From an uncultured Verrucomicrobiae bacterium (GTDB lineage: Bacteria > Chlamydiota > Chlamydiia > Chlamydiales > Rhabdochlamydiaceae): a DNA stretch of 64,000 bases. A program made the translations under genes and the position numbers. Shown one piece after another: positions 19,611 to 29,393 of this stretch (within the stretch, counting starts at the first letter, position 1; every line of letters starts with the position of its first letter). Location: assembly GCA_963718565.1 (NCBI GenBank), contig OY970364.1, positions 384,001 to 448,000 of the forward strand. Reading direction: 5' to 3'. The notes under the pieces were generated by a model. The model was not told the origin of the DNA. It made no database searches and was given only the letters and a program-made list of their open reading frames with translations.

Positions 19611-20409
19611 TTTGCATTGTCATACGACCTTTAGCGATGGAACAATGACCCTCGAACAACTTCTCTATCTTGCCAAGGAAATGGGCCTTTCGGGGATTTC
19701 GATTACGGATCATGACACTATCGAGGCCTATTCTGCAGCACCCGCGATTGCTAAACAGCTCGGCATTCTGCTTGGAACCGGTGTCGAGTTTTCCTGTATG
19801 TTTCAGAAGATGAGCGTTCACGTTCTCAGTTATGATTTTGACCTCGATAGCCCTGCAATTGCAAAATTCTGCGCTCGGCACCAGCAGCGCAGAATGTTTC
19901 GAAACAGAGCGATTTTGGATAATTTGAGCCGTTTGGGGATGGCGATTTCCGAAGAAGAACTCCTTGCCATTGGCGAGAGGACGCTCGGGCGGCCACATAT
20001 TGCAAAGCTGATGGTTGAAAAAGGCTATGTGAGTTCGATTAAAGAAGCTTTTAACCATTATATTGGAGACGGAAAACCTTGCTATTCTTCAGGAGAAGGA
20101 ATTGCTGTACAGGAAACTATTGAGGTCATTCATCAGGCCAGAGGCAAAGCGTTTATCGCACATCCTCATCTTTTAGAACATTCACGCAAAATCAAAGAGC
20201 TACTCAAGCTCCCCTTTGATGGAATAGAATGCTATTATGCGAAATTTTCTTCTGAACAAGAAAATCAATGGGTCCAAATAGCAAAAGAAAGAGGATGGCT
20301 GATTAGCGGAGGCTCGGATTTTCACGGCTCTTCAAAAGATTACATTCAGCTCGGATGCTCTTGGGTCGATGAAGACAACTTCCACAAGATTTTTCAGCAT
20401 TTGATTTGA
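19597..20409 (+). CDS. PHP-domain phosphoesterase (TrpH/YciV-like)
   Basis: DLHCHTTFSDG, ITDHDT, AHP and GGSDFHG motifs. Confidence 0.92.
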   Translation: MFRADLHCHTTFSDGTMTLEQLLYLAKEMGLSGISITDHDTIEAYSAAPAIAKQLGILLGTGVEFSCMFQKMSVHVLSYDFDLDSPAIAKFCARHQQRRMFRNRAILDNLSRLGMAISEEELLAIGERTLGRPHIAKLMVEKGYVSSIKEAFNHYIGDGKPCYSSGEGIAVQETIEVIHQARGKAFIAHPHLLEHSRKIKELLKLPFDGIECYYAKFSSEQENQWVQIAKERGWLISGGSDFHGSSKDYIQLGCSWVDEDNFHKIFQHLI

Positions 20410-20423
20410 GAGGGTATCTTCAC

Positions 20424-21662
20424 ATGTCAAACTACGCACACATCATCGACCGTTTATATCAGGCTACCTGTTCACCGGGCGCTCATTCGGGACTTGAAAA
20501 TGCTAAAGCTCTTCATCAAGCGCTTGCATTTCCAGCACAATCCTATGCGACGATACACATCGCCGGCAGCAATGGAAAAGGGTCAGTTGCCACAAAAATC
20601 GCCAAAGGACTTGAACTCTCAGGCTATCGTGTCGGCCTCTACACGTCGCCCCATCTTTTTTCCTTCCGCGAGAGGATTGCTGTCGACAGCCAGCCGATTT
20701 CTGAAGAGGAGGTGATCGAAGGAATGCAGAGGATTTTTTTCTGGAATGAGAAAGGGAATCTCGGCGCTACTTTTTTCGAAATGACGACCTTTCTTGCCTT
20801 TGATTATTTTCGCAAAAAACAAGTCGATGTCGCTGTGATTGAAACAGGGCTTGGGGGAAGGCTTGATGCCACCAATATCATTTCCCCAGTCTTGACGGCG
20901 ATCACCTCCATCAGCCGCGAGCACGCGTACATCTTAGGGAATAACCTCGAGCAAATCGCTTCCGAGAAAGCGGGAGTTATTAAAGAAAACATCCCTGTCA
21001 TCTTAGGACCCAAGGCGCGCTTTCAGTCTATTTATGATCGCGCTAAAGAATTGAATTGCCCACTTTTTGTCTCTAGAAAAATCGGCTATTTTTACGATGA
21101 AGAGAACAATGCGATTGCAGAGCTGATCTTGTCCCGCCTCCCTCCGCCGTTCTCATTAAAGTCAGAGGCAGTGAAGCAAGCAGTTACCATCCGCCCTCCC
21201 TGCCGTTTCGAAAAGATGGGAGAAGCGATCTTCGATGTTGCGCACAATCCCAATGCTATTTTTTATTTGCTGCAGGCTTTGCACACTTTTTACCCTCAAT
21301 CGCGCTTCCGCTTTCTTGCAGGCTTTTCTAAAGATAAAGAATATGACCAGTGCTTGGATTTGATCGCGCCTGTGGCCACTCATATTCATCTTGTCCAAGC
21401 GCCGACCTCTCGCGCAGCAACAACAGAAGAGCTGAAGTCTGTTTTAAAAAATCAGGATCCTGCTTTCTCGACCGTCCATCCTTCTATTAAAGAAGGAGCG
21501 GAGGAAGCTTACACTCAAGCTCTGGCCCAAGACGAAATCCTCGTCGTTTGTGGAAGTTTTTACATCATGGCAGATGCAAAGGAGGCGATAGGGATTCAAC
21601 TTCCTAAAGACTCTTTAAACGAAAAGATTTTCCCTTCTGTTTTTTCTTCTTCAGTGACTTGA
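20424..21662 (+). CDS. folC: folylpolyglutamate synthase/dihydrofolate synthase
   Basis: HIAGSNGKGS, YTSPHL, ETGLGGRLDATN and DVAHN motifs; ATG at 20424 preferred over TTG at 20406. Confidence 0.93.
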   Translation: MSNYAHIIDRLYQATCSPGAHSGLENAKALHQALAFPAQSYATIHIAGSNGKGSVATKIAKGLELSGYRVGLYTSPHLFSFRERIAVDSQPISEEEVIEGMQRIFFWNEKGNLGATFFEMTTFLAFDYFRKKQVDVAVIETGLGGRLDATNIISPVLTAITSISREHAYILGNNLEQIASEKAGVIKENIPVILGPKARFQSIYDRAKELNCPLFVSRKIGYFYDEENNAIAELILSRLPPPFSLKSEAVKQAVTIRPPCRFEKMGEAIFDVAHNPNAIFYLLQALHTFYPQSRFRFLAGFSKDKEYDQCLDLIAPVATHIHLVQAPTSRAATTEELKSVLKNQDPAFSTVHPSIKEGAEEAYTQALAQDEILVVCGSFYIMADAKEAIGIQLPKDSLNEKIFPSVFSSSVT

Positions 21663-22441
21663 GACAATCCCAAGAAGAGTTGATCGATCTGATGGCTTGT
21701 GGGATAAGATTCTCCATTCTCTACAAGCTCATTGACAGTAGCGATTAACGCTTGCATTGTCTCTAAAGGATCATCAAAAGGTGTTGCTGTGAGATGTTGC
21801 ATATGCTTTTCAAAACATCGTTTATGACTTTCCGATAACGTAAGATAATGCATCTTTGCTTGTCTAAAGTCGCGATTATATACGGCTCTAGCGATATCAA
21901 AGAGTTCTTCGAGTTCTCCTGGCAATAGTTCGACTTCCTCTTCGACAAAGCGCACAGGATTTTGTTTAGCAAGCCAATCAAAGTGACGGGTGATCGGTTG
22001 GCCGTCCAGTTTGGCCTTAGCCTCAAGGAGCGCGTGTTTTGCATCTGCAATAATGCGGCGATGTGGGATCGATGGCTTATGGTGTCCCTCTAAATCCTGG
22101 ATGTGAACTTCCAGCATTTTGATCGCTTTCAGTGTAATTTTTCCTTTCTTAAGGGAAGTGGATTCATGCTGGATTTGTGTAACTTCGCCTTCGACAAGGC
22201 GTTCGACCAAGTCGCGGGAAAGGCTGACAACCTTTTCCTTAAGGTACTCCGTTTGCGCTTTGGCAAAAACATCAGAGGTTTTTTCCAAGTCTTGCAGTTT
22301 TTGCGAGGCGAAATTGAGCCTCTTGCACAAAGATTGATATTTTCTTTGGGAAATGCAATCGCTGATTTTCCCTTCAATGGTCTGCACTTCCGTTTGCAGC
22401 CATCGAGATCCGCTGAGCTTATTAACTTCGTTAGATCTCAT
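21596..22441 (-). CDS. hypothetical coiled-coil protein
   Basis: 281-aa ORF; no family recognised. Confidence 0.7.
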   Translation of the reverse strand: MRSNEVNKLSGSRWLQTEVQTIEGKISDCISQRKYQSLCKRLNFASQKLQDLEKTSDVFAKAQTEYLKEKVVSLSRDLVERLVEGEVTQIQHESTSLKKGKITLKAIKMLEVHIQDLEGHHKPSIPHRRIIADAKHALLEAKAKLDGQPITRHFDWLAKQNPVRFVEEEVELLPGELEELFDIARAVYNRDFRQAKMHYLTLSESHKRCFEKHMQHLTATPFDDPLETMQALIATVNELVENGESYPTSHQIDQLFLGLSQVTEEEKTEGKIFSFKESLGS

Positions 22442-22617
22442 AAGATTATCTTCTTATTATATGTATTAGATTATTAAGACACATAATATGCCTTAGTTTC
22501 ATTCTAATCCTTATACATATAATGTTCAATTACCATACTTAATTATAAAAACAGTTCTTAACATTTAAAATAAAAGCTATGCCGACGACAAAGCTGCCCT
22601 CTCAAGAGGGAAATAAA

Positions 22618-22653
22618 AAAAAGCTATGTCCTTTTCACAAGACATAGCTTTTT
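22618..22653. terminator. intrinsic terminator downstream of the 685-aa gene (bidirectional geometry)
   Basis: AAAAAGCTATGTC-N10-GACATAGCTTTTT. Confidence 0.7.
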
Positions 22654-22682
22654 GCTAGAAATGTTGTAAATTAAAATGTTTT

Positions 22683-24740
22683 TTACAGCTTCCAGGCGGC
22701 TTTTAAGGCATTACGCACTTGATGGATCGCGGCGATCTTAATGGCAGCGTCAACGCCTTCCATGGATGCGCGAAAAGCTTTACGGCCAAAATCTCCCTGG
22801 AATTTAGAATAATCATTTGGGTCAACCAAAGAGGAATTGCTAGTGCGGGCTGCGGCATGCAGGTGATAGAAGGCGCCATACAAGTTGTGGGTGGCATTTT
22901 GCTCTCCTTGAGCACGATCTTTTGGACCGAGTTTAGTAGCTTCGAGACTGTCCAGCAATGCGATCACTGTTGCGCCATCTTCAAAATTGATTGCATCTTC
23001 AAGACATTCCAAAGCCAATTCTACGATTGTACGTTGCACAGAACGCGAACGCTCTTCGTTAGTCGCTGGGTAAGTCCCGGCAAAGGCCTTGTTGCCATAT
23101 TGCCCGTCGCCTCGAAGTTTCTCTGGAGCTTCATTTTTATGAATAAAGTAGAGGTGAAAGAAGGGACGATCGGCAATCGCGCGTGGATTCACATCTGTCA
23201 TCTTAAATACGCTCTGGAGTTGTCTAGAGTCCATCGTTTGAAGAGCTGCGTATGCTTCTTGCAATTGAGCATCATCTGCATCAGGCCCTAGAAGGATGAG
23301 TAGAGCTTGCAGGGTGTGAATGGTTTCAATGCTAGGATGAGTACTGACAACAGGAACTTCTTCTTGTGCTGGAGCCACATCTTCGAAATCCAATGTACTG
23401 ATATCAATGTCATCTGGCAAATATAATTCCGGTGGAAGGTCTGAAGGAGCCGAAGGAGATGGATCACGTCTCCTTGTTGGGTCAGATCGTGTAGGTGAAG
23501 GCGATGACACAACAGCCTGCATCTTTTTCGCTTCTTTCAATCGGCGCTTCATCTCCTCTGCTTGTTTTACAACGGTAACAACAGGAGGGATTGGGTCATT
23601 GGAACTGCTTAGGATTTTTTCCAAAGCTTCTTTTTTATGTCCCCAGCCTGCTGGCCAGGAAGAGAAGAGTTGATCAACAGTACGTCGCCCCATAACAGTT
23701 TGCCCCATGTCGCGATTGCTTTTTGTTTTTTGGATTTCGTTGAGAGCCTCAAAGAGCTTTTGTTTTTCGTTAAGAGAAAGGCGCGAGAAAATACCATCGA
23801 TGTTTGAAAGTTGTGCTGGAATATTGGATGAGCCGATGGCTTCTCCAATAACATGTATCAGTTCCTTTAAAACTTCCACCTGCGTAGCTTGACCTTGAAC
23901 TTGCTGCGTTTGTTCACTTTCTTTCTCTGTTTGTGCTTCGATGCATCTATTCAATATATTTTCTAGTGCCTCAAGATGAGTTGCAATTGCAGGTCCAGCT
24001 GTTTCGGGTGTATAGGGGGCATGTCTTTTGACTTCGTTATAATGGGCGAGAACAAGTTCAAAGTTTGTTCTAGGATCCTCTGTACATTTCTCTCTAATAT
24101 CCTTCAATTGATCTTCGAAGAGAGAAAGCAGGTAGTCTTCATCGGTCGCTCGCTGGATCTCTCGATCTTCTGAAATGGTAGTCAGAGGAGATTGTCGAGG
24201 GGAAGAGGTTTGGATACTTGGAGTTTGAGTTGTTTGCAAGGTGGATGACTGAGTCAGCATAGACTCCAAATTTTGGTTTGCAATGTCAAGAGCCTCTCGA
24301 TTTCCTCTGTTCATGTAGGAGTCGTCTGCAGACTTCAGTTCTTGGATGCGTCCTTGGAGTGATTTGATCGCAGAAGCATTTGGAGGAGTTGAAGATTGAT
24401 AAAGTTTGTCCACTGCCGATGCAATGTCGACATATTCCTCTGCAATCTGATTATTTTTATCAAGGGACTCTAGAATGTCAGCGCAAGCAGTAAGCTTTTC
24501 TGCAATCCCGAGAAGTTCTTCTTCGGTAATGTCAGGAATTGCATCTTGCTGTCTCCTATATGTCGCTTCGACTTTCTTCTGCAGTTCCGTTAGCAATTTA
24601 CTGTGTGGGATAAATTGGTTTGCGTTGCTGAGCTGTTCTGATGGGCTCAGACTATCGAAAACTGGTTTTTTTTGCTCAAGTTGTTCTTGAAGCCCAGTTG
24701 TCTGACCTAAAATTCGTTGTTTTACAGTTAGGGTGGTCAT
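22683..24740 (-). CDS. large hypothetical protein, candidate effector (paralogue 1)
   Basis: 685 aa; N-terminal region shared with two adjacent paralogues; Pro/Ser-rich linkers. Confidence 0.8.
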   Translation of the reverse strand: MTTLTVKQRILGQTTGLQEQLEQKKPVFDSLSPSEQLSNANQFIPHSKLLTELQKKVEATYRRQQDAIPDITEEELLGIAEKLTACADILESLDKNNQIAEEYVDIASAVDKLYQSSTPPNASAIKSLQGRIQELKSADDSYMNRGNREALDIANQNLESMLTQSSTLQTTQTPSIQTSSPRQSPLTTISEDREIQRATDEDYLLSLFEDQLKDIREKCTEDPRTNFELVLAHYNEVKRHAPYTPETAGPAIATHLEALENILNRCIEAQTEKESEQTQQVQGQATQVEVLKELIHVIGEAIGSSNIPAQLSNIDGIFSRLSLNEKQKLFEALNEIQKTKSNRDMGQTVMGRRTVDQLFSSWPAGWGHKKEALEKILSSSNDPIPPVVTVVKQAEEMKRRLKEAKKMQAVVSSPSPTRSDPTRRRDPSPSAPSDLPPELYLPDDIDISTLDFEDVAPAQEEVPVVSTHPSIETIHTLQALLILLGPDADDAQLQEAYAALQTMDSRQLQSVFKMTDVNPRAIADRPFFHLYFIHKNEAPEKLRGDGQYGNKAFAGTYPATNEERSRSVQRTIVELALECLEDAINFEDGATVIALLDSLEATKLGPKDRAQGEQNATHNLYGAFYHLHAAARTSNSSLVDPNDYSKFQGDFGRKAFRASMEGVDAAIKIAAIHQVRNALKAAWKL

Positions 24741-24781
24741 AAGATCACATTCTCCAGGTTTGTTTTGAGTTCATTTCTATC

Positions 24782-24802
24782 GAGGGGTTTTGCAATTCCC
24801 TC
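24782..24802. mobile_element. 21-bp collapsed family A element (second copy at 25781-25801)
   Basis: GAGGGGTTTTGCAATTCCCTC flanked by TATC/TATC. Confidence 0.75.
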
Positions 24803-24827
24803 TATCATTTTGAATTTGAGGATCGAT

Positions 24828-25739
24828 TTAAATGTCCACCCACGAATATTGTGGAGTGGAAGAATTGCGGACGCCTGAAGTTTCGGTGGTGCAGGGCGCT
24901 GATGACTGAATCAGCATAGACCGTAAACTTTGATTTGCAATTTCAAGAGCCTCTTTATTTCCTTTGTTCATGTAGGGGTATGCAGAAGTTAGTTCTTGGA
25001 TGCGTCCTTGGAGCGATTCGACTTCAGAAGCATTTGGGGGAGTTGAGGACTGATAAAGTTTGTCCACTGCCGATGCAATGTCGACACACCCCTGTGCAGT
25101 CTGACTACTTTCATCAAGGGACTTTAGAATGTCAGTGCAAGCAGTAAACTTTTTTGCAGTCGCGAGAAGTTCTTCTTCGCTAATTTGAGGAATTGCATCT
25201 TGTCCTATCTTATATATCGCTTTGGTTGTCTCCTGTAGTTTCGTGAGCGATTTACTGAGTTGGATAAATTGGGGTATTGCTATAAGCTGTTCTGATGGGC
25301 TCAGATTACCGATAGCTGACTTTGTTTCCTTAAGTTGTCGTTGAAATTCAATTGCCCGACCTAAAGTAGCTGACTTTGTTTCCTTAAGTTGTCGTTGAAA
25401 TTCAATTGCCCGACCTAAAGTAGCTGACTTTGTTTCCTTAATTTGTCGTTGAAATTCAATATAGGGCTTTAGACTGTCAGCGCAAGCAGTAAGCCTTTCT
25501 GCAATCCCGAGAAGTTCTTCTTCGGTAAAGTCAGGAATTGCATCTTGCCCTCTCTTATATGTCGCTTCGACTTTCTTCTGCAGTTCCGTTAGCAATTTAC
25601 TGTATGCGGTAAATTGGTTTGCGTTGCTGAGCTGTTCTGATGGGCTCAGACTATCGAAAACTGGTTTTGCTTCCTCAAGTTGCTCTAGAAGCCTAGTTGT
25701 CTGACCTAAAATTCGTTGTTTTACAGTTAGGGTGGTCAT
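24828..25739 (-). CDS. paralogue 2, with internal 54-bp (18-aa) tandem repeats, C-terminally truncated
   Basis: IEFQRQLKETKSATLGRA about 3 times; same MTTLTVKQRILGQTT start and upstream region as paralogue 1. Confidence 0.7.
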   Translation of the reverse strand: MTTLTVKQRILGQTTRLLEQLEEAKPVFDSLSPSEQLSNANQFTAYSKLLTELQKKVEATYKRGQDAIPDFTEEELLGIAERLTACADSLKPYIEFQRQIKETKSATLGRAIEFQRQLKETKSATLGRAIEFQRQLKETKSAIGNLSPSEQLIAIPQFIQLSKSLTKLQETTKAIYKIGQDAIPQISEEELLATAKKFTACTDILKSLDESSQTAQGCVDIASAVDKLYQSSTPPNASEVESLQGRIQELTSAYPYMNKGNKEALEIANQSLRSMLIQSSAPCTTETSGVRNSSTPQYSWVDI

Positions 25740-25803
25740 AAGATCACATTCTCCAGGTTTGTTTTGAGTTCATTTCTATCGAGGGGTTTTGCAATTCCCT
25801 CTA

Positions 25804-26706
25804 TCATTTTGAATTTGAGGATCGATTTAAAATTTCCACCTGCGTAGCTTGGTCTTGAACCTGCTGCGCTTGTTCGTTTTCTTTCATTGTGGTTGTGTAG
25901 ATTGCATTCATTAGCCCTTCTAATTCCTCAAGATGCCCTGCAATTTCGAGTTCAGTTATTTCGGACATACCAATAAGGCCCTTAGAAAGAGCATATTTTC
26001 TGACTTCTTCATAATGGTCAAAAAGAGCTGAAAATTCCTTTTTAGGATCATCTGTATATGTTTTTCTAATCTCTTGGAATTGATCTCGGAAGGAAGCAAT
26101 TTTCTGTTTCTCATCGGCCGGTTGTTGGATTTTTTGGTCTTCCGAGATCATAGTCCGAGGAGATTGTTGAGGGGAAGAATTGCGGACGCCTGAAGTTTGG
26201 GTGGTGCAGGGCGCTGATGACTGGGTCAGTATAGACAGTAAACTGTGATGTGTAATTCTAGGAGCCTCTTTATTTCCTTTGTTCATGTAGGAGTATGCAG
26301 AAGTTAGTTCTTGGATGCGTCCTTGGAGCGATGTGACTTCAGAAGCATTTGGAGGAGTTGAAGATTGATAAAGTTTGTCCACTGCCGATGCAATGTCGAC
26401 ATATTCCTCTGCAATCTGATTATTTTTATCAAGGGACTCTAGAATGTCAGCGCAAGCAGTAAGCTTTTCTGCAATCCCGAGAAGTTCTTCTTCGGTAATG
26501 TCAGGAATTGCATCTTGCTGTCTCCTATATGTCGCTTCGACCTTCTTCTGCAGTTCCGTTAGCAATTTACTGTGTGGGATAAATTGGTTTGCGTTGCTGA
26601 GCTGTTCTGATGGGCTCAGATTATCGACAACTGGTTTTGCTTTCTCAAGTTGTCGTTGAAGTTCAATTGCATGACTTAAAATTAGTTGCTTTATGGATAG
26701 AGTCAC
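25804..26706 (-). CDS. paralogue 3, C-terminally truncated
   Basis: Long stretch identical to paralogue 1; ends near QATQVE where paralogue 1 continues. Confidence 0.7.
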   Translation of the reverse strand: MTLSIKQLILSHAIELQRQLEKAKPVVDNLSPSEQLSNANQFIPHSKLLTELQKKVEATYRRQQDAIPDITEEELLGIAEKLTACADILESLDKNNQIAEEYVDIASAVDKLYQSSTPPNASEVTSLQGRIQELTSAYSYMNKGNKEAPRITHHSLLSILTQSSAPCTTQTSGVRNSSPQQSPRTMISEDQKIQQPADEKQKIASFRDQFQEIRKTYTDDPKKEFSALFDHYEEVRKYALSKGLIGMSEITELEIAGHLEELEGLMNAIYTTTMKENEQAQQVQDQATQVEILNRSSNSK

Positions 26707-26840
26707 AAGATCACGTTCTCCAAGTTTGTTTTTTGATAATCAATAAATTTATTAGCTGAGCATCTTAATTTTTTAGCTAATAAAAAAGAATAATTAAAAT
26801 AATTTTTTGATATTAATTATTATTAAATTAAATTTTATAA

Positions 26841-27437
26841 TTACTTGTATAAAACCTTTTGCAGTGTAAGAAGGGAAGGTGCCAGTGTTCGGTTGGGAAA
26901 TGTGTGGTAGCATACATTCCAAGTCATTGGACAGAGATGGGACAGTTCTCTCACAAGCGCTTCTTCTTCTCTTTTTCCCTCTTCATGGCCAGGATAGCAG
27001 GTGATACAGATGGCTCCGCTAGGGGAAATGAGGGCCATTGCCTTATTCACACTTGCTAAAGTGCTCCATGTCTGGGTTGTTATCTGTTTATTTCCTTTGG
27101 GAAGGTAGCCCAAATTATAGACGACGAGGCGCATAGGATTTTCCTCTACAATCGGAGGAAAGCATGCGTGGGATTGGCAATAGAGGTGGATGCGTGCTCG
27201 ATCTTTGGCAGGCAGCCGTGCTTGAAGGAGCATGTCTGTCTTTGTGATGGCTTCTTGCTGGAGATCGATGCCGATGACACCTCCCTGTTTTTCTCGCAGG
27301 ATTTCTGCGAGTTTGAGAGTATCATTGCCATTTCCACAGGTAGCGTCGATCGCCCAGCCCCCGTTGCGCAAAAGCTTTTCCCAATAGTGATGGGCAAGGT
27401 CGATGTGGGAATGAAATAAAGGGAAATTTCGGTTCAT
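26841..27437 (-). CDS. class I SAM-dependent methyltransferase (YtqB/MnmM-like)
   Basis: IDATCGNGNDT, YNLGYLPKG and YPGHEEG motifs. Confidence 0.87.
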   Translation of the reverse strand: MNRNFPLFHSHIDLAHHYWEKLLRNGGWAIDATCGNGNDTLKLAEILREKQGGVIGIDLQQEAITKTDMLLQARLPAKDRARIHLYCQSHACFPPIVEENPMRLVVYNLGYLPKGNKQITTQTWSTLASVNKAMALISPSGAICITCYPGHEEGKREEEALVRELSHLCPMTWNVCYHTFPNRTLAPSLLTLQKVLYK

Positions 27438-27514
27438 CTTTTTCTTTATCTAAGAAGCTATCTAGCTTAGACTGGGCGCAGTATATCATCTGTCGCTATT
27501 TTGTAGGTAAGTTC

Positions 27515-29059
27515 ATGCAAACAGAAGTGCTCATCATCGGATGCGGAATTGCGGGGTGCATTATTGCCCTTGAGCTTGCCGAAAAAGGGATTCAGGTGAT
27601 TTTGCTTGGTTCTAAGGGTGGTACTGAGTCCAATTCCCATTCTGCTCAAGGGGGGATTATCTTTCGCGGAAGCGGCGATTCTCAAGAGCTATTAAAGGAG
27701 GATATTCTTCAAGCAGGTTGTGGGTTGTGCAATCCAGAAGCTGTCGAGCTGCTCGTTCAGTGGGGCCCCAAACTTGTTCAAGAACTGCTGATTGATAAAT
27801 ACAAAGTTCCCTTTGACCGTGATGAAAACAGGGCTTTGAGTATGACTGCGGAAGGAGCGCATTCGATTCCTCGCATTATTTATCATCGTGATCAGACAGG
27901 AAAGGCGATCATGTCGGTTTTACTTGACGCTGTTAAAAATTCTCCCCATGTTCAATTCAAGCCCAATCATACGGCTGTCGATTTAATCACCCTTTCTCAT
28001 CATTCTAAAAAACGGACAGATATCTATGCTCTGTCGACTTGTGTCGGGGCCTATGTCATGGACAATTCTCGCTGTGCCATCGACATCTGCTTTGCTCAAG
28101 AGACGATCTTGGCGACAGGGGGGCTTGGCGAAATTTATCTTCATACGACAAATCCTAAAGAAGCTCGTGGAGATGGGGTTGCCATGGCCTATCGTGCTGG
28201 TGCCCGCATCATGAATATGGAGTATGTCCAGTTTCATCCTACCGCCTTGTATCTTCCTTTCGATCGCCGTTTTTTACTGAGCGAAGCGCTGCGCGGCGAA
28301 GGAGCTGAACTCTTGACGAACGGCTTTCAGTCCTTTATGCACCGATACCATGAAAAAGGTTCATTGGCTCCTCGAGACGTGACGGCTCGAGCGATCTATC
28401 AGGAGATGGTTCGCTGCGAGTCTCAGCACTTATGGTTGGATATGACAGGTACAGAGGCCCCTTATCTCAAACAGCGCTTTTCCAGCATTTACAACTATTG
28501 TCTAGAAAAAGGTTTCGATATGACGAAGGAACCGTTACCCGTCGTTCCAGCGGCTCATTATTCTTGTGGCGGAATTGCGGTGGATTCCAAAAGCCAGACG
28601 ACGATTCGACGACTGCGCGCCGTTGGCGAGGTCGCATGCACGGGATTGCATGGGGCAAATCGCCTGGCTTCGACATCCCTTTTAGAGGCACTAGTGTGGG
28701 GACAACTCTGTGTCGATGATCTCATTGCTGGAATGAGAGGACGCGATGATTATTTGCCGCCGATCGACCCTTGGGTCATGAGCGATGGAATCGCAGATAG
28801 TGCATTGATCCAACAAGATTGGATGACGATCAAGCAGACGATGTGGAACTATGTGGGTCTCGTGCGGGACAAGGCACGCCTTGACCGTGCCCATAGGATG
28901 CTGACCGAACTTAAGTGGGAGATCGAATCGTTTTACGACCGCTGCTGCCTGACGCCCGAGCTGCTTGGATTGCGCAATGGCGTCCAAACCGCTCTGCTTG
29001 TCACGCAAGGGGCGCTTCGCAATCGCGATTCCATCGGATGCCACTATCGCCTGAATTAG
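27515..29059 (+). CDS. nadB: L-aspartate oxidase
   Basis: GCGIAG, AQGGI, EGAHS, QFHPT, SEALRGEGA and GLHGANRLASTSLLE motifs. Confidence 0.95.
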   Translation: MQTEVLIIGCGIAGCIIALELAEKGIQVILLGSKGGTESNSHSAQGGIIFRGSGDSQELLKEDILQAGCGLCNPEAVELLVQWGPKLVQELLIDKYKVPFDRDENRALSMTAEGAHSIPRIIYHRDQTGKAIMSVLLDAVKNSPHVQFKPNHTAVDLITLSHHSKKRTDIYALSTCVGAYVMDNSRCAIDICFAQETILATGGLGEIYLHTTNPKEARGDGVAMAYRAGARIMNMEYVQFHPTALYLPFDRRFLLSEALRGEGAELLTNGFQSFMHRYHEKGSLAPRDVTARAIYQEMVRCESQHLWLDMTGTEAPYLKQRFSSIYNYCLEKGFDMTKEPLPVVPAAHYSCGGIAVDSKSQTTIRRLRAVGEVACTGLHGANRLASTSLLEALVWGQLCVDDLIAGMRGRDDYLPPIDPWVMSDGIADSALIQQDWMTIKQTMWNYVGLVRDKARLDRAHRMLTELKWEIESFYDRCCLTPELLGLRNGVQTALLVTQGALRNRDSIGCHYRLN

Positions 29060-29060
29060 A

Positions 29061-29242
29061 GAGGGAATTGCAAAACTCCTCGCCGCATAAAATCGCGCTT
29101 TTGACACCTGTCGCCTTGGCGGCGGCTCTCCTACTTATCCAAGTATGCTTTCGCCGCCGCTAACCGAACCCGCTGTGCGGGTTCTGGCAACAGGTGCCAA
29201 AATCATCGATTTTCTGCTGGCGAGGAGTTTTGCAATTCCCTC
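29061..29242. mobile_element. MITE family A, 182 bp
   Basis: TIR GAGGGAATTGCAAAACTCCTCGCC; TSD TAGA/TAGA, overlapping the nadB stop codon. Confidence 0.9.
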
Positions 29243-29311
29243 TAGAGTTTTTTGCTTGCTGGTAATTTCCTATTCCGGTTAAGATGCTCATCTTAAATTT
29301 GAAGTTTTGGT

Positions 29312-29385
29312 GGGGTATTAGCTCAGTTGGTTAGAGCGCCACGTTGACATCGTGGAGGTCAGCTGTTCGAGTCAGCTATATCCCA
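29312..29385 (+). tRNA. tRNA-Val(GAC)
   Basis: Cloverleaf; anticodon arm CCACG-TTGACAT-CGTGG; GTTCGA T-loop; CCA not encoded. Confidence 0.95.
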
Positions 29386-29393
29386 AAACGTTC

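Noticed and set aside
29352..29393. ORF-track start of the ThrRS-like gene
   Set aside because: It lies inside tRNA-Val; ATG 29394 is more plausible
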